Source: Phyllobates terribilis (taxonomy: Eukaryota). From it: a stretch of DNA of 64,000 bases. The translations under genes and the position numbers were made by a program. Every line of letters starts with the position of its first letter. The first letter of the stretch is position 1. The DNA lies in assembly GCF_046119375.1 (NCBI RefSeq), contig NW_027362767.1, positions 84,010,001 through 84,074,000 on the forward strand. Direction: 5' to 3'. Below the pieces are notes generated by a model. It was not told the DNA's origin. It made no database searches and saw nothing but the letters and a program-made list of their open reading frames with translations. Shown piece after piece: positions 11,621-24,680 of the stretch.

Positions 11621-12029
11621 AAATAAAGCCCTGTGTCGTTTTGCTTTTGTGTCGGACGTTATACTGTGTAATATCACGTCACGAGTTATAATAAAAGGCT
11701 GATAGCGTGTAATAAACGGTTTTTCATAGTGTACTGTGTGACTGCACGTTCATTAACCTTATAATCACTAAAGGAGAACAAAACAGCCGTGCTGGTGAGG
11801 GGGAAGATGGTGGAAATGTCGGTGTAAGAAGGCTCGGTCACCAGTATCAACATGTGCTGGCGACATATCGCCCCGTGTAAGCAGGATGTGCTGCACATGG
11901 CACAGAACAAAGGGCTTAAAGGGATTGTCCACACCAGGGGCGGACACAGACTGTAGTGGGCCCCTGTGCAAGAAATTTTTGGGGGCCCCCCCCTGCCCTT
12001 CATAAGGCAACAAAGTTATGTAAACATAA

Positions 12030-12500
12030 CCCCCCCCATGTGCATCTCTCACCCCCCCCATGTGCAGCTCTCATCCCCCCCATGTGCAGCTCTCATCCCC
12101 CCCATGTGCAGCTCTCATCCCCCCCGTGCATCTCTCATCCCCCCCGTGCATCTCTCACCCCCCCCATGTGCAGCTCACCCCCCGTGCATCTCTCATCCCC
12201 CCCGTGCATCTCTCATCCCCCCCATGTGCATCTCTCATCCCCCCCATGTGCATCTCTCATCACCCCCCCATGTGCATCTCTCATCCCCCCCATGTGCATC
12301 TCTCATCACCCCCCCATGTGCATCTCTCATCCCCCCCATGTGCATCTCTCATCCCCCCCATGTGCATCTCTCATCCCCCCATGTGCATCTCTCACCCCCT
12401 ATGTGCATCTCTCATCCCCCTGTGCATCTCTCATCCCCCCCCATGCATCTCTCATCCCCCTGTGCATCTCTCATCCCCCCCGTGCATGTCTGATTCCCCC
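12030..12500. repeat. C-rich minisatellite I (~20-bp unit TGTGCATCTCTCATCCCCCC)
   Basis: Direct tandem repeats with variable C-run length. Confidence 0.95.
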
Positions 12501-13049
12501 CACTCCTAGTTAATTAATTGTATTTAAATAAAATAAAACTTGTTATACTTACCCCCATGCGATCCCTGCAGAATCCTGGCGCTCGTCCACGTCGCTGCCA
12601 CCAGGTTCTCCTGACGTTCGGCCATGTGACGGCGCCACATGCATAGCCAGCAGCTTTTGTTTTGGCCAAAAGATTTTTAAAGCCGCCACCACGATAAGGT
12701 AGACTCTTCTGGCCGGGCCCTACTCTAACCTATTAAAATTTTCTTAAAATATCCAATACCCTTTTTAGATATATTTTTATTTAGTTTTCTTTAAGGGAAT
12801 GTGTCATATACATTTTTTTTTAAAATGACCAATAATACCACATACAGGGAATACCGCCACACTATGACCAGACCACATATTACCACAACATAGTGACCGA
12901 ATAATGCCACACAGAAGGGAGAAAAACTGCCACACCATGACCAGACCACATATTACCACCACAGTACTAATATTACCACCACATTACTAATATTACCATA
13001 AGTGTCATTATACACGGGAGCTCTATACATGGTATGTATAATGTAAATG

Positions 13050-13330
13050 TCCAGGTAATCTAGTGATCACCAGTGACATTATACACAGGAGCTCTGTATA
13101 TAGTGTACAGGTAATACAGTGATCACCAGTGACATTATACACAGGAGCTCTGTATATAGTGTATAGTGTACAGGTAATACAGTGATCACCAGTGACATTA
13201 TACACAGGAGCTCTGTATATAGTGTACAGGTAATACAGTGATCACCAGTGACATTATACACAGGAGCCCGGTACATAGTATATAGTGTAAGTGTACATGT
13301 AATACACTGACTCACTGGTGACGTCTCTAG
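13050..13330. repeat. 56-bp tandem repeat (~4-5 copies)
   Basis: GATCACCAGTGACATTATACACAGGAGCTCTGTATATAGTGTACAGGTAATACAGT at 13121, 13184 (7-nt insertion) and 13240. Confidence 0.9.
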
Positions 13331-13799
13331 GTGAAGTCCTTCAGCTACGCTTTTCTCCTTCATCCAGCACAGACCGCCATCACGTCTTCCAGCCAGGACT
13401 CGTCTCTGCATAAAATAACACAGTTATCTAGAGCACATTCCCCAACTTCTACATTACGCAGCTGAATACAGACGTGCATTCACCATCAATATATGGTTAG
13501 TTATTATACAACCTACCATTCCAAATATAAATTGTAATCCACCACGGTGCCCCCATTAACTGTAAATAGGCACTTAATATATAATTTAATTAGAACCTCT
13601 ACTCTTTCCGCCAATTTGTTACCAGTTACACTCCTGCATCCGCAACGCCCCCTACTCTATACTTCCTGCTCCCCGCATTCATTATTTACATGCACCCCCT
13701 GCCCCAATTCATTATATCATGTCCGTGCTCTCCCCACCCCATCATCATTTACTCTCCCCCACCCCACATTCATTATGTGCAGCTCATTATCCCCCTACT

Positions 13800-15075
13800 C
13801 CCAATTCCCCCATGTGTAGCTCATTTTCTCCCAATTCCCCCATGTGCAGCTCTCACCCCCCCATGTGCAGCTCTCACCCCCCCATGTGCAGCTCTCACCC
13901 CCCCATGTGCAGCTCTCACCCCTCCATGTGCAGCTCTCACCCCTCCATGTGCAGCTCTCATCTCCCCCCATGTGCACATCTCTCATCCCTCCATGTGCAC
14001 ATCACTCATCCCACTCCCCCACATGTGCACATCTCTCATCCCCCCATGTGCACATCTCTCATCCCCCCCATGTGCACATTTCTCATCCCCCCATGTGCAC
14101 ATCTCTCATCCCCCCCCATGTGCACATCTCTCACCCCCCCATGTGCACATCTCTCACCCCCCCATGTGCACATCTCTCATCCCCCCCATGTGCACATCTC
14201 TCACCCCCCCCACATGTACACAGCTCTCACCCCCCTCCCCCACATGTGCACATCTCTTATCCCCCTACCCCACATGTGCACATCTCTTATCCCCCTCCCC
14301 CACATGTGCACATCTCTCATCCCCCTCCCCCACATGTGCACCTCTCTCATCCCCCTCCCCCACATGTGCACTTCTCTCATCCCCCTCCCCCACATGTGCA
14401 CCTCTCTCATCCCCCTCCACCACATGTGCACCTCTCTCATCCCCCTCCACCACATGTGCACTTCTCTCATCCCCCTCCACCACATGTGCACCTCTCTCAT
14501 CCACCTCCACCACATGTGCACCTCTCTCATCCCCCTCCACCACATGTGCATCTCTCATCCCCCTCATCACATGTGCATCTCTCACCCCCCCCACATGTGC
14601 ATCTCTCATCCCCCCCCACATGTGCATCTCTCATCCCCCCCCACATGTGCATCTCTCATTCCCCCCCACATGTGCATCTATCATCCCCCCCCACATGTGC
14701 ATCTCTCACCCCCCCACATGTGCATCTCTCATCTCCCCCCCACATGTGCATCTCTCATCTCCCCCCCCACACATGTGCACCTCTCATCTCCCCCCCCACA
14801 CATGTGCACCTCTCATCTCCCCCCCCACACATGTGCATCTCTCATCTCCCCCCCCACACATGTGCATCTCTCATCTCCCCCCCCACACATGTGCATCTCT
14901 CATCCCCCCCCACATGTGCATCTCTCATCCCCCCCCCACATGTGCATCTCTCACCCCCCCCCACATGTGCATCTCTCATCTCCCCCCCCACATGTGCATC
15001 TTTCATCTCCCCCCCCACATGTGCATCTCTCATCTCCCCCCCCCCCCCACATGTGCATCTCTCATCTCCCCCCAC
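13800..15075. repeat. C-rich minisatellite II (21-28-bp CACATGTGCA(C)ATCTCTCATCCCCC variants)
   Basis: Same core as array I, with blocks of locally homogenised unit variants. Confidence 0.95.
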
Positions 15076-16238
15076 TTCTAGTTAATTGCATTTAAAAAAA
15101 AAAATAAAACTTGTTATACTTACCCCCATGCGATCCCTGCAGAATCCTGGCGCTCGTCCAAATCGCTGACACCAGGTTCTCCTGACTTCCGGCCATGTGA
15201 CGGCGCCGTCACATGACCGGAAGTCAGGGGAGTCATGAAGGCGCTGCCGCAGCAGCGCAGCGCAGCTCTGAGATGTCCCGGACCCGGCGCTTAGCATGAG
15301 GCCGGGGGCCCCATGAGGAGAGAGACGCACACGAGGGGGCCCCTACTGGCTTGGCCCCATACTGGAGTCAGGGCAGTCATGCCCTGATGGCGGCCCTGCT
15401 GGAGGCTGGAGGGGCCCCCTCTCCCTCGGGGCCCCCGTTCAATGAACGGGCTGCACGGGCGGTAGTTCCGCCCCTGGTCCACACCACTGAGGAAGTCTTC
15501 AATAAGCCCTGCAGCGTGTCCTATCCTAACGGTGTGTAACGTACACACCGCGATGATTCGGCTCCGCCATTTCCAGCGGTCGTCACGTGAACATGAGTAT
15601 ACACACATGCGTCACGCTCCGCCTCGACTCTCCGCCACTATACATATCGTATACTTTTGGGTCACAGGAATCGTCAGGCGGAGAAGAATCCTCACAATGT
15701 GTACATTGCATACTGTTAGGATACGAGGAGATGCAGGCCGTGCTGAAACTTTCCTCATGGGTGGACGACTCCTTTACGTACTAATCAGCCTGTAAACGAG
15801 CGCCCATCAATTTGTATGTAGCAATAATGGAGGATCTGCATGACGCGGTTCTGATCGCACGCGGCTTTTGGTCACTGTGGTAATATCCAGTGTATTGATA
15901 AAGGGATCTATGGCCGAAATTCAAGACTGACCCTCAGATTTCTGTCAAGGATACACGATTTAACCCGATGACCCCATCCAGTGCGATTGCGTCATATGGG
16001 AGTACACACTGTAGTTTCCACTGTTACTTTAAATCCACACTTGAAAATTCTCATTCTTTTTTGTTTGTGCTGCCTTTATGGGGGTGTATAGGGGGATATT
16101 AGGGATAGGGCAAATCAATTCGCACAACCCGGTCCTGACGGCACCCGCAAATCCTCTTTTGATTATCGGACCTGGAGCAAAGTCACTGTCAGGGAATACA
16201 GCCAGGAGATCACACAGATCCCATCGCTGCCATCAATT

Positions 16239-17018
16239 TGTCAAGGAAAAACACTCCGCCACCTCCAATCGCCAGGACATTTATGCAATTGACTGACGAG
16301 TGACGGACGAGGCCGCGACTGTTTTCACTAATATATATATATACACCCCATTACGGTCACTGCCAACTCCACAATAACAAGGGGAACTAGCTGCCACCAC
16401 CAATCACTTTTACAGGCCGACTGGACACCCGTTAAAGATAGTGCATTGCTTCAGGAGAGAGGGTTATAGAGCAAAGAGAAACAGTTATTCAATTTTATAT
16501 ATTTAATCCGAAAAGTAGGAAGTGTTTATAAAATTATACAAAGATGTTACAAAATGGACAAAACAATACGTTATATACAATTGCATAAAATAAAAAGGAT
16601 AAACCGAAGAAATGTTCTAAACCTGATGCCACAGGGTTGGCTCTGTCTCTTATGAAGGGGAGCTCTTCGGTTTTTGGGGGGGTAACAATACAGCTCCACA
16701 ACGAACTGCGTCTCCCAGGACTGAGACTGATCATAGTTTGGTTATTTGCTTTTATAAATACAATTCACACCCATATACTTCCCCTCCAGTGACTCATAAC
16801 AGGGCTGGTCATGGGATGTGGTTAGTTCTTTTTAGAAAATTATGGGATACCCAATTTCTACCATATCTTCACCCCTGAAGGTTGCAGGTGGGGGATATTA
16901 CTGTCACATTTCCTATCATGATTTTACCTTTCTATAGATAGGAATATGGCATCGATAGCATCATCCATCTGTCCAATATTAATTTGAGTGTTCTGCAACC
17001 GCCCAGTGATGTAAGACA
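16239..17018 (-). mobile_element. Probable solitary retroviral-type LTR
   Basis: TG...CA ends on the minus strand, TATA-like TATTTATAAAAG followed by ATTAAA and a T-rich tract; no TSD found. Confidence 0.45.
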
Positions 17019-17021
17019 GTG

Positions 17022-17859
17022 TGTTACTGCTACGCCCTCAGGTGGTGCACGTGGTTCATGGACCCACTGTGCCACAGGACTGAGCTTGCCTAGGAAGGGG
17101 CGTAGCTAAATGGCTACCTGGTGTTCACTGGAGCTCCTGATGGTGGACACAGACTGGGCTGCAGGTAGCCGCCAGGTACCACTCCTAGACAGATCCCGGT
17201 ACTCCAGCTGCTGACCCCAGGGCTCAGGTTCGCTGACACAAACTCGGGCTCCGTTCAGACTAATAGGTTCAGGATCACTGCAGAACGGTTACTGACACGG
17301 AGGCTCAGATGGGTAATTCAGAGATTAGTTGTAGCAGTCCAGATATACAGGATACTCGGACGGGGGGACGGGACCAAAGGACTTCGGGAACAGGACTGGC
17401 CGCACCAGGGGACAATGTTCAGGCACTAGCCACACCAAGACTAGGGATACGGGTTCGGGAAACTGGACACACCGGGCCAGGGGACCTCACAACTGCACTG
17501 ATAGAACACCACACTACCTAATGACTAAATGTGTTGCTTCGGTGACTCCATAAGGGGAAGGGAGTCTTTTATACAGGCTGACTCCCAGCTATAGGCTGAG
17601 AGCCATCTTGCAGGTGAACTAATTATACTAAATGCCTCTTAGCAACAGGCTTAGGGTATTTTACTATATGTGCGCTGCCCTTTTAAGAGCAGGGGAACAC
17701 GTGCGCACTAGGCGATGCAAGGAACTGCGGCGCGCACTACAGCAGAGGAGAGGGAGCACACCGCGAATCATGCTGCGCAGCCGGGGAGGTGAGTATGCCG
17801 ACGTCCCTGAATGGAGGGGGAAGGGGACACCATGCAGCGGCTTCGGCCATTGCGTTATA
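17022..17859. mobile_element. Probable degenerate Gypsy-type solo LTR
   Basis: Starts TGTTAC and ends CGTTATA; GC-rich sequence resembling anuran Gypsy LTRs (from memory); no clear TSD. Confidence 0.35.
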
Positions 17860-19350
17860 GTTATGTTCACCACTTCATCACGACTTCGAAAATAAGACTC
17901 TCCTATCTATCATGTCCATGCTGTTCATAAAAACCTCAATATTCATAGCTTGCAAAGTAGGACAAAGCAGCTTAAAGTGGATTGTCTGCCAGTTCTGTGA
18001 CACAGGCAGGCTAGGGACAAAAATCTGTCCCCTCCCCCATTCTTCTGAAAGTTCAGGGTTGGAATGGTGTCTGTGATCTATCAGATGACCAACTTTAATT
18101 ACCTGTTTGCAGAGAAGGAGTTAGAGGGTCTCAGCCGCAGTTAAGGGTTATCTGGAGGTCATGGAGCTAAATTTTGCTCCATGTAATCCATGCTTTAATG
18201 TGAATATGAGAAGTTTATAGATTTTACAGTCATATGTGCCTTATGCTGCAACAATGCCGTCGTCCCCCGCCGACTAATCAAGAGAAGAATCACAGATGTG
18301 AGGTAGGAGGCAGTTGTCAGGGCTCCCATCCATTGGCCACAGATTACTGACATGACCGATGGACCAGGTCGTGCGGATCAATTAGAAACTATCTCTAGTG
18401 AGTATCACTGTCTGCAGCGATGACGTGCCTCAGCAACTGACAGCCTGTAGCGTCTTGTGAGTTTATGTTGGGATGTTGTCCTTGCAGCAATAAGGAGCAC
18501 CGGCCAGCGGGGATCATTGGGGTGAGTATTGTTTAACCCATTCTGAGAATTTTATTAAAAAAAAAATTACTTGCCAGACAACCCAAATAACTTAGGATGT
18601 AGGAGGATGTGGCCCAGGTGCCTCCAGGCCTAGTTTACTATGACTCAATTCTGTACTGAGCTCCTTTAAATTGTTAATAAAATAACACAATGGCCAAATG
18701 GTCTCTGCTGACTCCTGACTTACAATGGGAAAATGTCACTGCATATTCTCACTATGTACCGTCTCCTATTACCAGGTATATTTTGTGTGATCATGGGACA
18801 GTTGCCAGTATGTATTATCCGTCTTTTGCAATGTCATGTGTTTGATATTTTGGCTAACTAAGCGTGATCTTGGGTTCCGTAGTGCGCTTGACCATCTCCA
18901 ACAGTCCCTAAGATGCTGCATGGTGATGTAATTTTCCTGAAACCACTGTTATCAAGCGATTTTCCATTGATTTTCAAGCAATTTACCATGGCGGTAAAAA
19001 GTAGCTAACTAAATCACTCTGAAATCTCACCTAATAAGAATTAATACGGTTGCTGGACTATATCAATTTTGAAGAGATTTTCTAGCTCTGTACATTACCA
19101 TGGACAGTGATATCACAGTGATTTCTTTATAGTTGGTGATATAAAAAAAATCAAGATGTTGCCACACAACGCACAAAGTCTTATAGCTGATTGTCTGCAG
19201 TACAGTCCAGTAGACCATCTTATAAAAGCTTACAGGGGCTTCTGAGGATCCATTAACGTTGGATGGACCTACCGATATCGATGGATTCAGCCGACAGTCT
19301 AGTGTAAAAGAGAGAGCTTCTGTCAGAAGTTTCTGGAGGTATACATGTTA

Positions 19351-19776
19351 GAGCCCCGTCACACTAAGCGACACTACAGCGATCCCGACAATGATACGAC
19401 CTGTCATGGATCGTTGCTGCGTCGCTATGTGGTCGCTGGTGAGATGTCAAACAGTCAGATCTTCCCAACGATGCAGCAACGATGCGGCGACCCGTAACGA
19501 TCTGTATAACGATGCACGCCTATGTGTTTCTGTGTCTGAGTCGTCAACAAAGTCATTGGTAAGGTGTCAAACACACCGATGCATGCTACCCGGCGGGGCC
19601 TCAACGATCAAAGAAATGTCCAGACCATTCCGACATGACCAGCGATCTCACAGCAGGGGCCTGGTCGCTGCTAAGTGTCAAACGTAGCGAGATCGCTGCT
19701 GAGGTCGCTGTTGTGTCACAAAACTTGTGACTCAGCAGTGATCTCACTAGTGATCTCGCTTAGTGTGACGGGGCCT
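19351..19776. mobile_element. Palindromic Harbinger-like MITE inserted in another MITE
   Basis: TIRs GCCCCGTCACACTAAGCGA / TCGCTTAGTGTGACGGGGC with TTA-type flanks; the flanking sequences rejoin into a GATATCG-containing MITE. Confidence 0.8.
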
Positions 19777-19814
19777 TTAGACTGCCAGACGAACCCGTCG
19801 ATATCGGTGGTTTC

Positions 19815-20655
19815 GGATGACATTAGCCTAACGTGGATGGGGACTTTTTAGGTTGGTTTTACATGTCTGTTAAACATGGATTTGCTTTGATTGGAATATC
19901 CAACCAGACCACCAGATCTCCTGCCCAGGGTAATGGCTTCATATATGCACATGTTTGCTCTGGTCAGGGGATCTAGGTGGGCTAGTATGACATTAGCCTA
20001 ATGTGGCTGGGGGCCTTTTAGGTCGGTTTTACATGTTTGTTAAACACGAACCTGTTTAGATTGGAATAACCAACCCAACCACCAGATCTCCTGACCTGAG
20101 GTAATGGTTTCATATATGCCTATGTTTGCTCAGGTCAGGAGTTCTAGGCGGGCTAAGATAACATTAGCCTAACGTGGCTGGGGGCCTTTTAGGTCGGTTT
20201 TACGTGTCTGTTAAACACGGACCTGCTTGGATTGGAATACCCAACCACCAGATCGCCTTAACTGAAGTAATGTCTTCATATATGCCCATGTTTGCTCAGG
20301 TCAGGAGATGTAGGCGGGCTAGGATAACATTAGCCTAACATGGCTGGGGGCCTTTTAGGTCGGTTTTACGTATCTGTTAAACACGGACCTGCTTGGATTG
20401 GAATACCCAACCCAACAACCAGATCTCCTGATCTGAAGTAATGTCTTCATATATGCCCATGTTTGCTCAAGTCAGGAGTTCTAGGCGGTCTTGGATGACA
20501 TTAGTCTAACGTAGATGGAGGCCTTTTAGGTCGGTTTTACATGTCTGTTAAACACGAACCTGCTTGGATTGGAATAACCAACCCAACCACCAGATCTTCT
20601 GACCTGAGGTAATGTCTTCATTATATACCCATGTTTGCTCAGGTCAGGAGATCTA
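19815..20655. repeat. ~170-bp tandem repeat, ~5 copies
   Basis: CATTAG(C/T)CTAA recurs at 19821, 19991, 20162, 20328 and 20499; each unit contains the inverted pair AGATCTCCTGACCTGAG / CTCAGGTCAGGAGATCT or a close variant. Confidence 0.92.
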
Positions 20656-23605
20656 GCAGTTGAGTCTGGTATTCCTGTCCAAGCACAGATGTGTGAACAT
20701 GGACGTCCTGTGAGAATGATTGGAGACAGAAATATAGAACAAAAAATATGAGCAAATAATTTACATTTTTTTTTTTTTTACCACCCAGTCAATGTGCTGT
20801 CGATAAGCGCTCATTCAGACGTCTGTGAATTTTCTCATACGCAATGATTAATGTCATCAGTGTTTTTGATCAGAGTCATCAGAGTTTGAGCAGCGTATCA
20901 GTTTTTACCATCAGAGTTTGGTCATTTTCATCATGTTGATGAAAAAAAAAAATATGGATGTTTCTCCAGCTTCTATCAAACAGTCCGTGAAAAATGGACA
21001 GAACATGGATGTCATCAGAGTACGCTCCAATTTTTTCACTGACTCATAGACTTGTATTGGCGAGTTTGATTCGACACTCGGACACGCCGGATAATAAAAA
21101 TGATATACCAATAGTGCAATGTACTAAACAAAACTGATGCAGATTTCTACTAATGGGAATCATAGGGTTTGCACTTCTTTCGTTTTCTTTTATAGTGTGG
21201 GTACAAACATAAGATGAAAAGCCTAGAGAAGTAATTCTGACTTCGGAGCCTACAATGCGAGTATCAGTTTCAGGTATCACATTCACCAGAATAACAATGT
21301 GCTTTTGAGTAAATGAAAGACACTAATTGATGTGTGTACAGACCATTTCAAGAAAAATAACACCAGATTTTTTGGCAAAATATCCATAGAATAGTGGAAC
21401 AAACCTTACAGATTGCTTTTATCCTTCATTACCTTTCCAGGACAGTATATTTCTCCATCAGGTACTGCCCATATATGTTTTTATAACTTTCCAGTTGAAT
21501 TCACGTGCTAAGAATATGGAAACCTTTGATATGAGATCTGATTATTAGACTTGAGGATCATTTTTTAGGATTCATTTACACTTGTAAGTGGATTTTGTTG
21601 CAGATCAGCTTCAAAATTCACATAAAATAGGCTTGTAATGCAGTTTCTATTGATGGGAATGTTAAATCCGCATCAAGTCTTTTTTACGTGTTTCATTTCC
21701 TATCGAGGTTTCGAAAACTTTGTTGGGGAAAAACATAAGTGACGTGACACTCCTTTGAGCTAGATTCCTGGTGGGATCTGTCTCCAAAGTTGTCAAGTCA
21801 AAAGGGTGCAAAAAAAAACAAACAATAAAATGTGTTAGAAAAAAAAGGTTCAAAACCACTTAAAAAACTGAGTCAGATCTGAAAACGTAGGCCATGTGCT
21901 CATGGAGATTTTCAAGGAGTTTTAGGAGCAGAAACTCTCCAAATCTCAAAACTCCTCAAAAACATTGAGGTTGTGCTCAGTTTCTGCTCCTGAAAACTTA
22001 TCAAAAAGACTCCGTGGATTCCTGAAGTAGATTTCTATTGAAAACCACATGGGAATTTCCACCTACAAAATACTGTATTTGAACTTATTATATGTAGATA
22101 ACTTTGTATCGGGGAGTTAACAGGTCCTTAATAGGACTGATTGGAGTTTCCCAATGGAGGGTCATTATGCTTACAGGATATGTCTGGTTTATAACATCAC
22201 CAGGAATGACAGTAATGATCACATAGCAGTTAAAGGGGTTTTACCAAGTTTACTCCTATGGATGGAAGATAATTTGCGATTTTTGGAAAACCCCTTTAAT
22301 CAATAAAAGCTTTGTAGTAGCAAAAAAATAATAATCTGAACACTACGCACATTGTAGAAGTGCCCTACATCATACTGCTGTTTACTACTGCCAGCACATA
22401 AGGATTGACATCACTGATCACGCTCCCTTGCTTCATAGTGACATGATTTGTAGCTTTATGATATAAAGGGTCATGTATCTGATTAGACCACCCGAGATAT
22501 CACAAATGAATAAACTTATATGTAAAAAAAACACTTTAAGGTGATATGAGGCTGTAAATCATTGTATGTAGATGGGGCAGGGTGCCAGAGGTTTTAGCTC
22601 TGGCAATCACAAGCTCGCTGTGGGGGGAAGGGGAGCAAAGTCTAACCCCGGAGCAGGTCCATAAAATACAGAAGTAAAGGTACACTCACTGCCAACATTG
22701 TAGTCAGGCCGCTGCACTATGATAATAGCCTTTATATAGAGGCGACATATTTTACGTCACTTTACAGTTGGGTGAAGAACTAAATGCAGAGTAACAAACA
22801 ATTGCTTACAAGCTATATAAAATGGGAGGAATAACGCAATAGGGACAATGAAGCAGATTGCACCTTCTTTTTAGCATAAATCAATTTAGACAAATACATT
22901 ATTGATATACTCCAGAAAAGAACAGATGGGCGCTCACCCCTGGACACAAAGTGTCTAGAGAAAGAGACATGGCTTTGGAATTTTTAATGATGATCTAAAA
23001 TATAAGCCAAGTTAAGCCCCCCATACACATTAAACTGATGTCAGCAGCACCCACCAATATCGAGAAGTTCAGTTCACACTCTAATCTGTATGGGGGGCGC
23101 CGACCAACTGATCGTCGGGGGGGGGGGGCATGTCCGGTTATGGATTGCCGATCACTTTGTTCTTCCTGAGATAAGTTGGTTTTCTCATAGAGAACACAGA
23201 AATGTGAGGCTTAGCGAGCGCTCCTCTGTATGGGAGAATCGGCCGAGATAGCTGTCTGTCGAACAATCGGCGAAAGCAGCGTTCCACCGACAGCCATCTA
23301 ATGTGTACGGGTGCCTTTAGAGCCAGCTTTAACATTTTCCGTCATGTAAGATGCGCCAAATCACGGCATGCGCACCTTGTATCTTTCGGCTGGTAGTCAT
23401 CTTCCCCGACTCTCTCTCATAGAGCGCTCCTGTGTACTCTGTGAGAAAGCCACTGTCACATATCTGCTGACGGCCTATCTCTTAGAGAACAAAAGGATCA
23501 GCAGACTGAAATCGGACATGCCGGACATCATCTATCAGTGTAGAAGAAAACTTGGCACTCAGAGATATTGGAATTTTTTTAAATTAATTTAATAATGATA
23601 AGTAT

Positions 23606-23653
23606 GTACAGAGAAACCAACGTTTCGGTCCAAAAGGACCTTCATCAGTGTAC
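23606..23653 (-). ncRNA. Minimal type-I hammerhead ribozyme motif (Penelope-like element remnant)
   Basis: Minus strand reads gtaca CTGATGA A GGTCC TTTT GGACC GAAAC GTT: intact CUGAUGA and GAAA core, perfect 5-bp stem II, palindromic AACGTT stem III, GUU cleavage triplet. Proximal stem I is weak. Confidence 0.65.
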
Positions 23654-24269
23654 CTGCAGATATAGGTTGTATGGAGATAAATATCTCAGTGAAGCAGTCC
23701 AACAGTCCATCAGGACGGAGTTTAGAAATAAGGAGATGTCAGCGAAAGGAACGCAGCGTCCACCGCTGGTTCAGAGGTCCATCTGTTCAGCCATTCTTGC
23801 TCTATAACATGCTGCCCGCAGATTGCACAGCATTTACAATTTAATGATTTCCTTTCATCTAGGCTGTTTTATTGTTCTGTATTTTTTTTTTTTAATTAGG
23901 GGTTTATTTTTGCAGTATTAATTAGTTTTAGATAACCCAATCATGTTATAATGTTCTGTGTCATTTGCAGTTACATGAATCTAAATGTATCTGTTGATTA
24001 TATATGTTGATTTCCCTCCAGGTTTTCATTACAGGTGAAGATACCATAGGTGCTGAGAACACCACCATATATGTATATTTCTGTTTCTTTATTCCTGCTG
24101 CTCCTACGCAGCCATTTCCACTTTTCTGGCCCATTATACAGTAGCAGCTATTACTATTACAGTGTATATCCCTCAGCAAACTTTTAATATAAATATAAAG
24201 CTTCCCTGGGATGAAAAGATCAAGAAGACACTGATATATTTTGATATTAGTCAACGTGGCTTGAATATA

Positions 24270-24680
24270 TTCAGTCATCATGGCTGAAAGTGTTGGCACC
24301 CTTGAAATTGTTCCAGAAAATGAAGTATTTCTCCCAGATAATTCTTGCAATTACACATGTTTTGTTATACACAGGTTTATTTCCTTTCTGTGTATTGGAA
24401 CAACACAAAAAAAAGCAGAAAAAAGGCAAATTGGACATAATTTTACACAACCCCAAAAACGGGCAGGACAAAATTGTTGGCACCTTTCCAAAATTGTGGC
24501 TAAACAACTTTGTTTCAATCATGTGATGCTCGTTCAAACTTACCTATGGCAAGTAGCAGGTGCGGGCAATATGAAAATCACACCTGAAACCAGATAAAAA
24601 GGAGAGAAGTTGACTCAATCTTTGCATTGTGTGTCTCTGTGTGTCACACTAAGCATGGAGAACAGAAAGAGGAGAAGAGA
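24270..24680 (+). mobile_element. Tc1-like transposon left end (IR/DR type), truncated at the transposase start
   Basis: Repeated AAAGTGTTGGCACC / AAATTGTTGGCACC direct repeats about 190 bp apart, ending at ATGGAGAACAGAAAGAGGAGAAGAGAA (MENRKRRRE). Confidence 0.7.

Larger units (their letters stand above)
11935..15476. mobile_element. 3.5-kb composite non-autonomous hAT element
   Basis: TIRs CAGGGGCGGA / TCCGCCCCTG; perfect 8-bp TSD GTCCACAC (11927-11934 and 15477-15484); interior is minisatellites and a duplicated module; no transposase. Confidence 0.88.
11916..15779. mobile_element. Old TTAA-type (T2/Kolobok-like) MITE split by the hAT insertion (11916-11934 plus 15477-15779)
   Basis: Left end TTAAAGGGATTGTCCAC, right end GTGGACGACTCCTTTAC; after removing the insertion, 15484-15560 and 15690-15770 are diverged inverted arms. 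Confidence 0.6.

Noticed and set aside
11956-15095. Long Pro/His/Cys-rich ORFs (up to 463 aa)
   Set aside because: Open in all three frames because the C-rich repeat lacks stops; they lie within a TSD-bounded transposon.
19815-20655. Possible retrozyme (170-400-bp tandem repeat with a hammerhead)
   Set aside because: No CUGANGA/GAAA core found on either strand of the unit.
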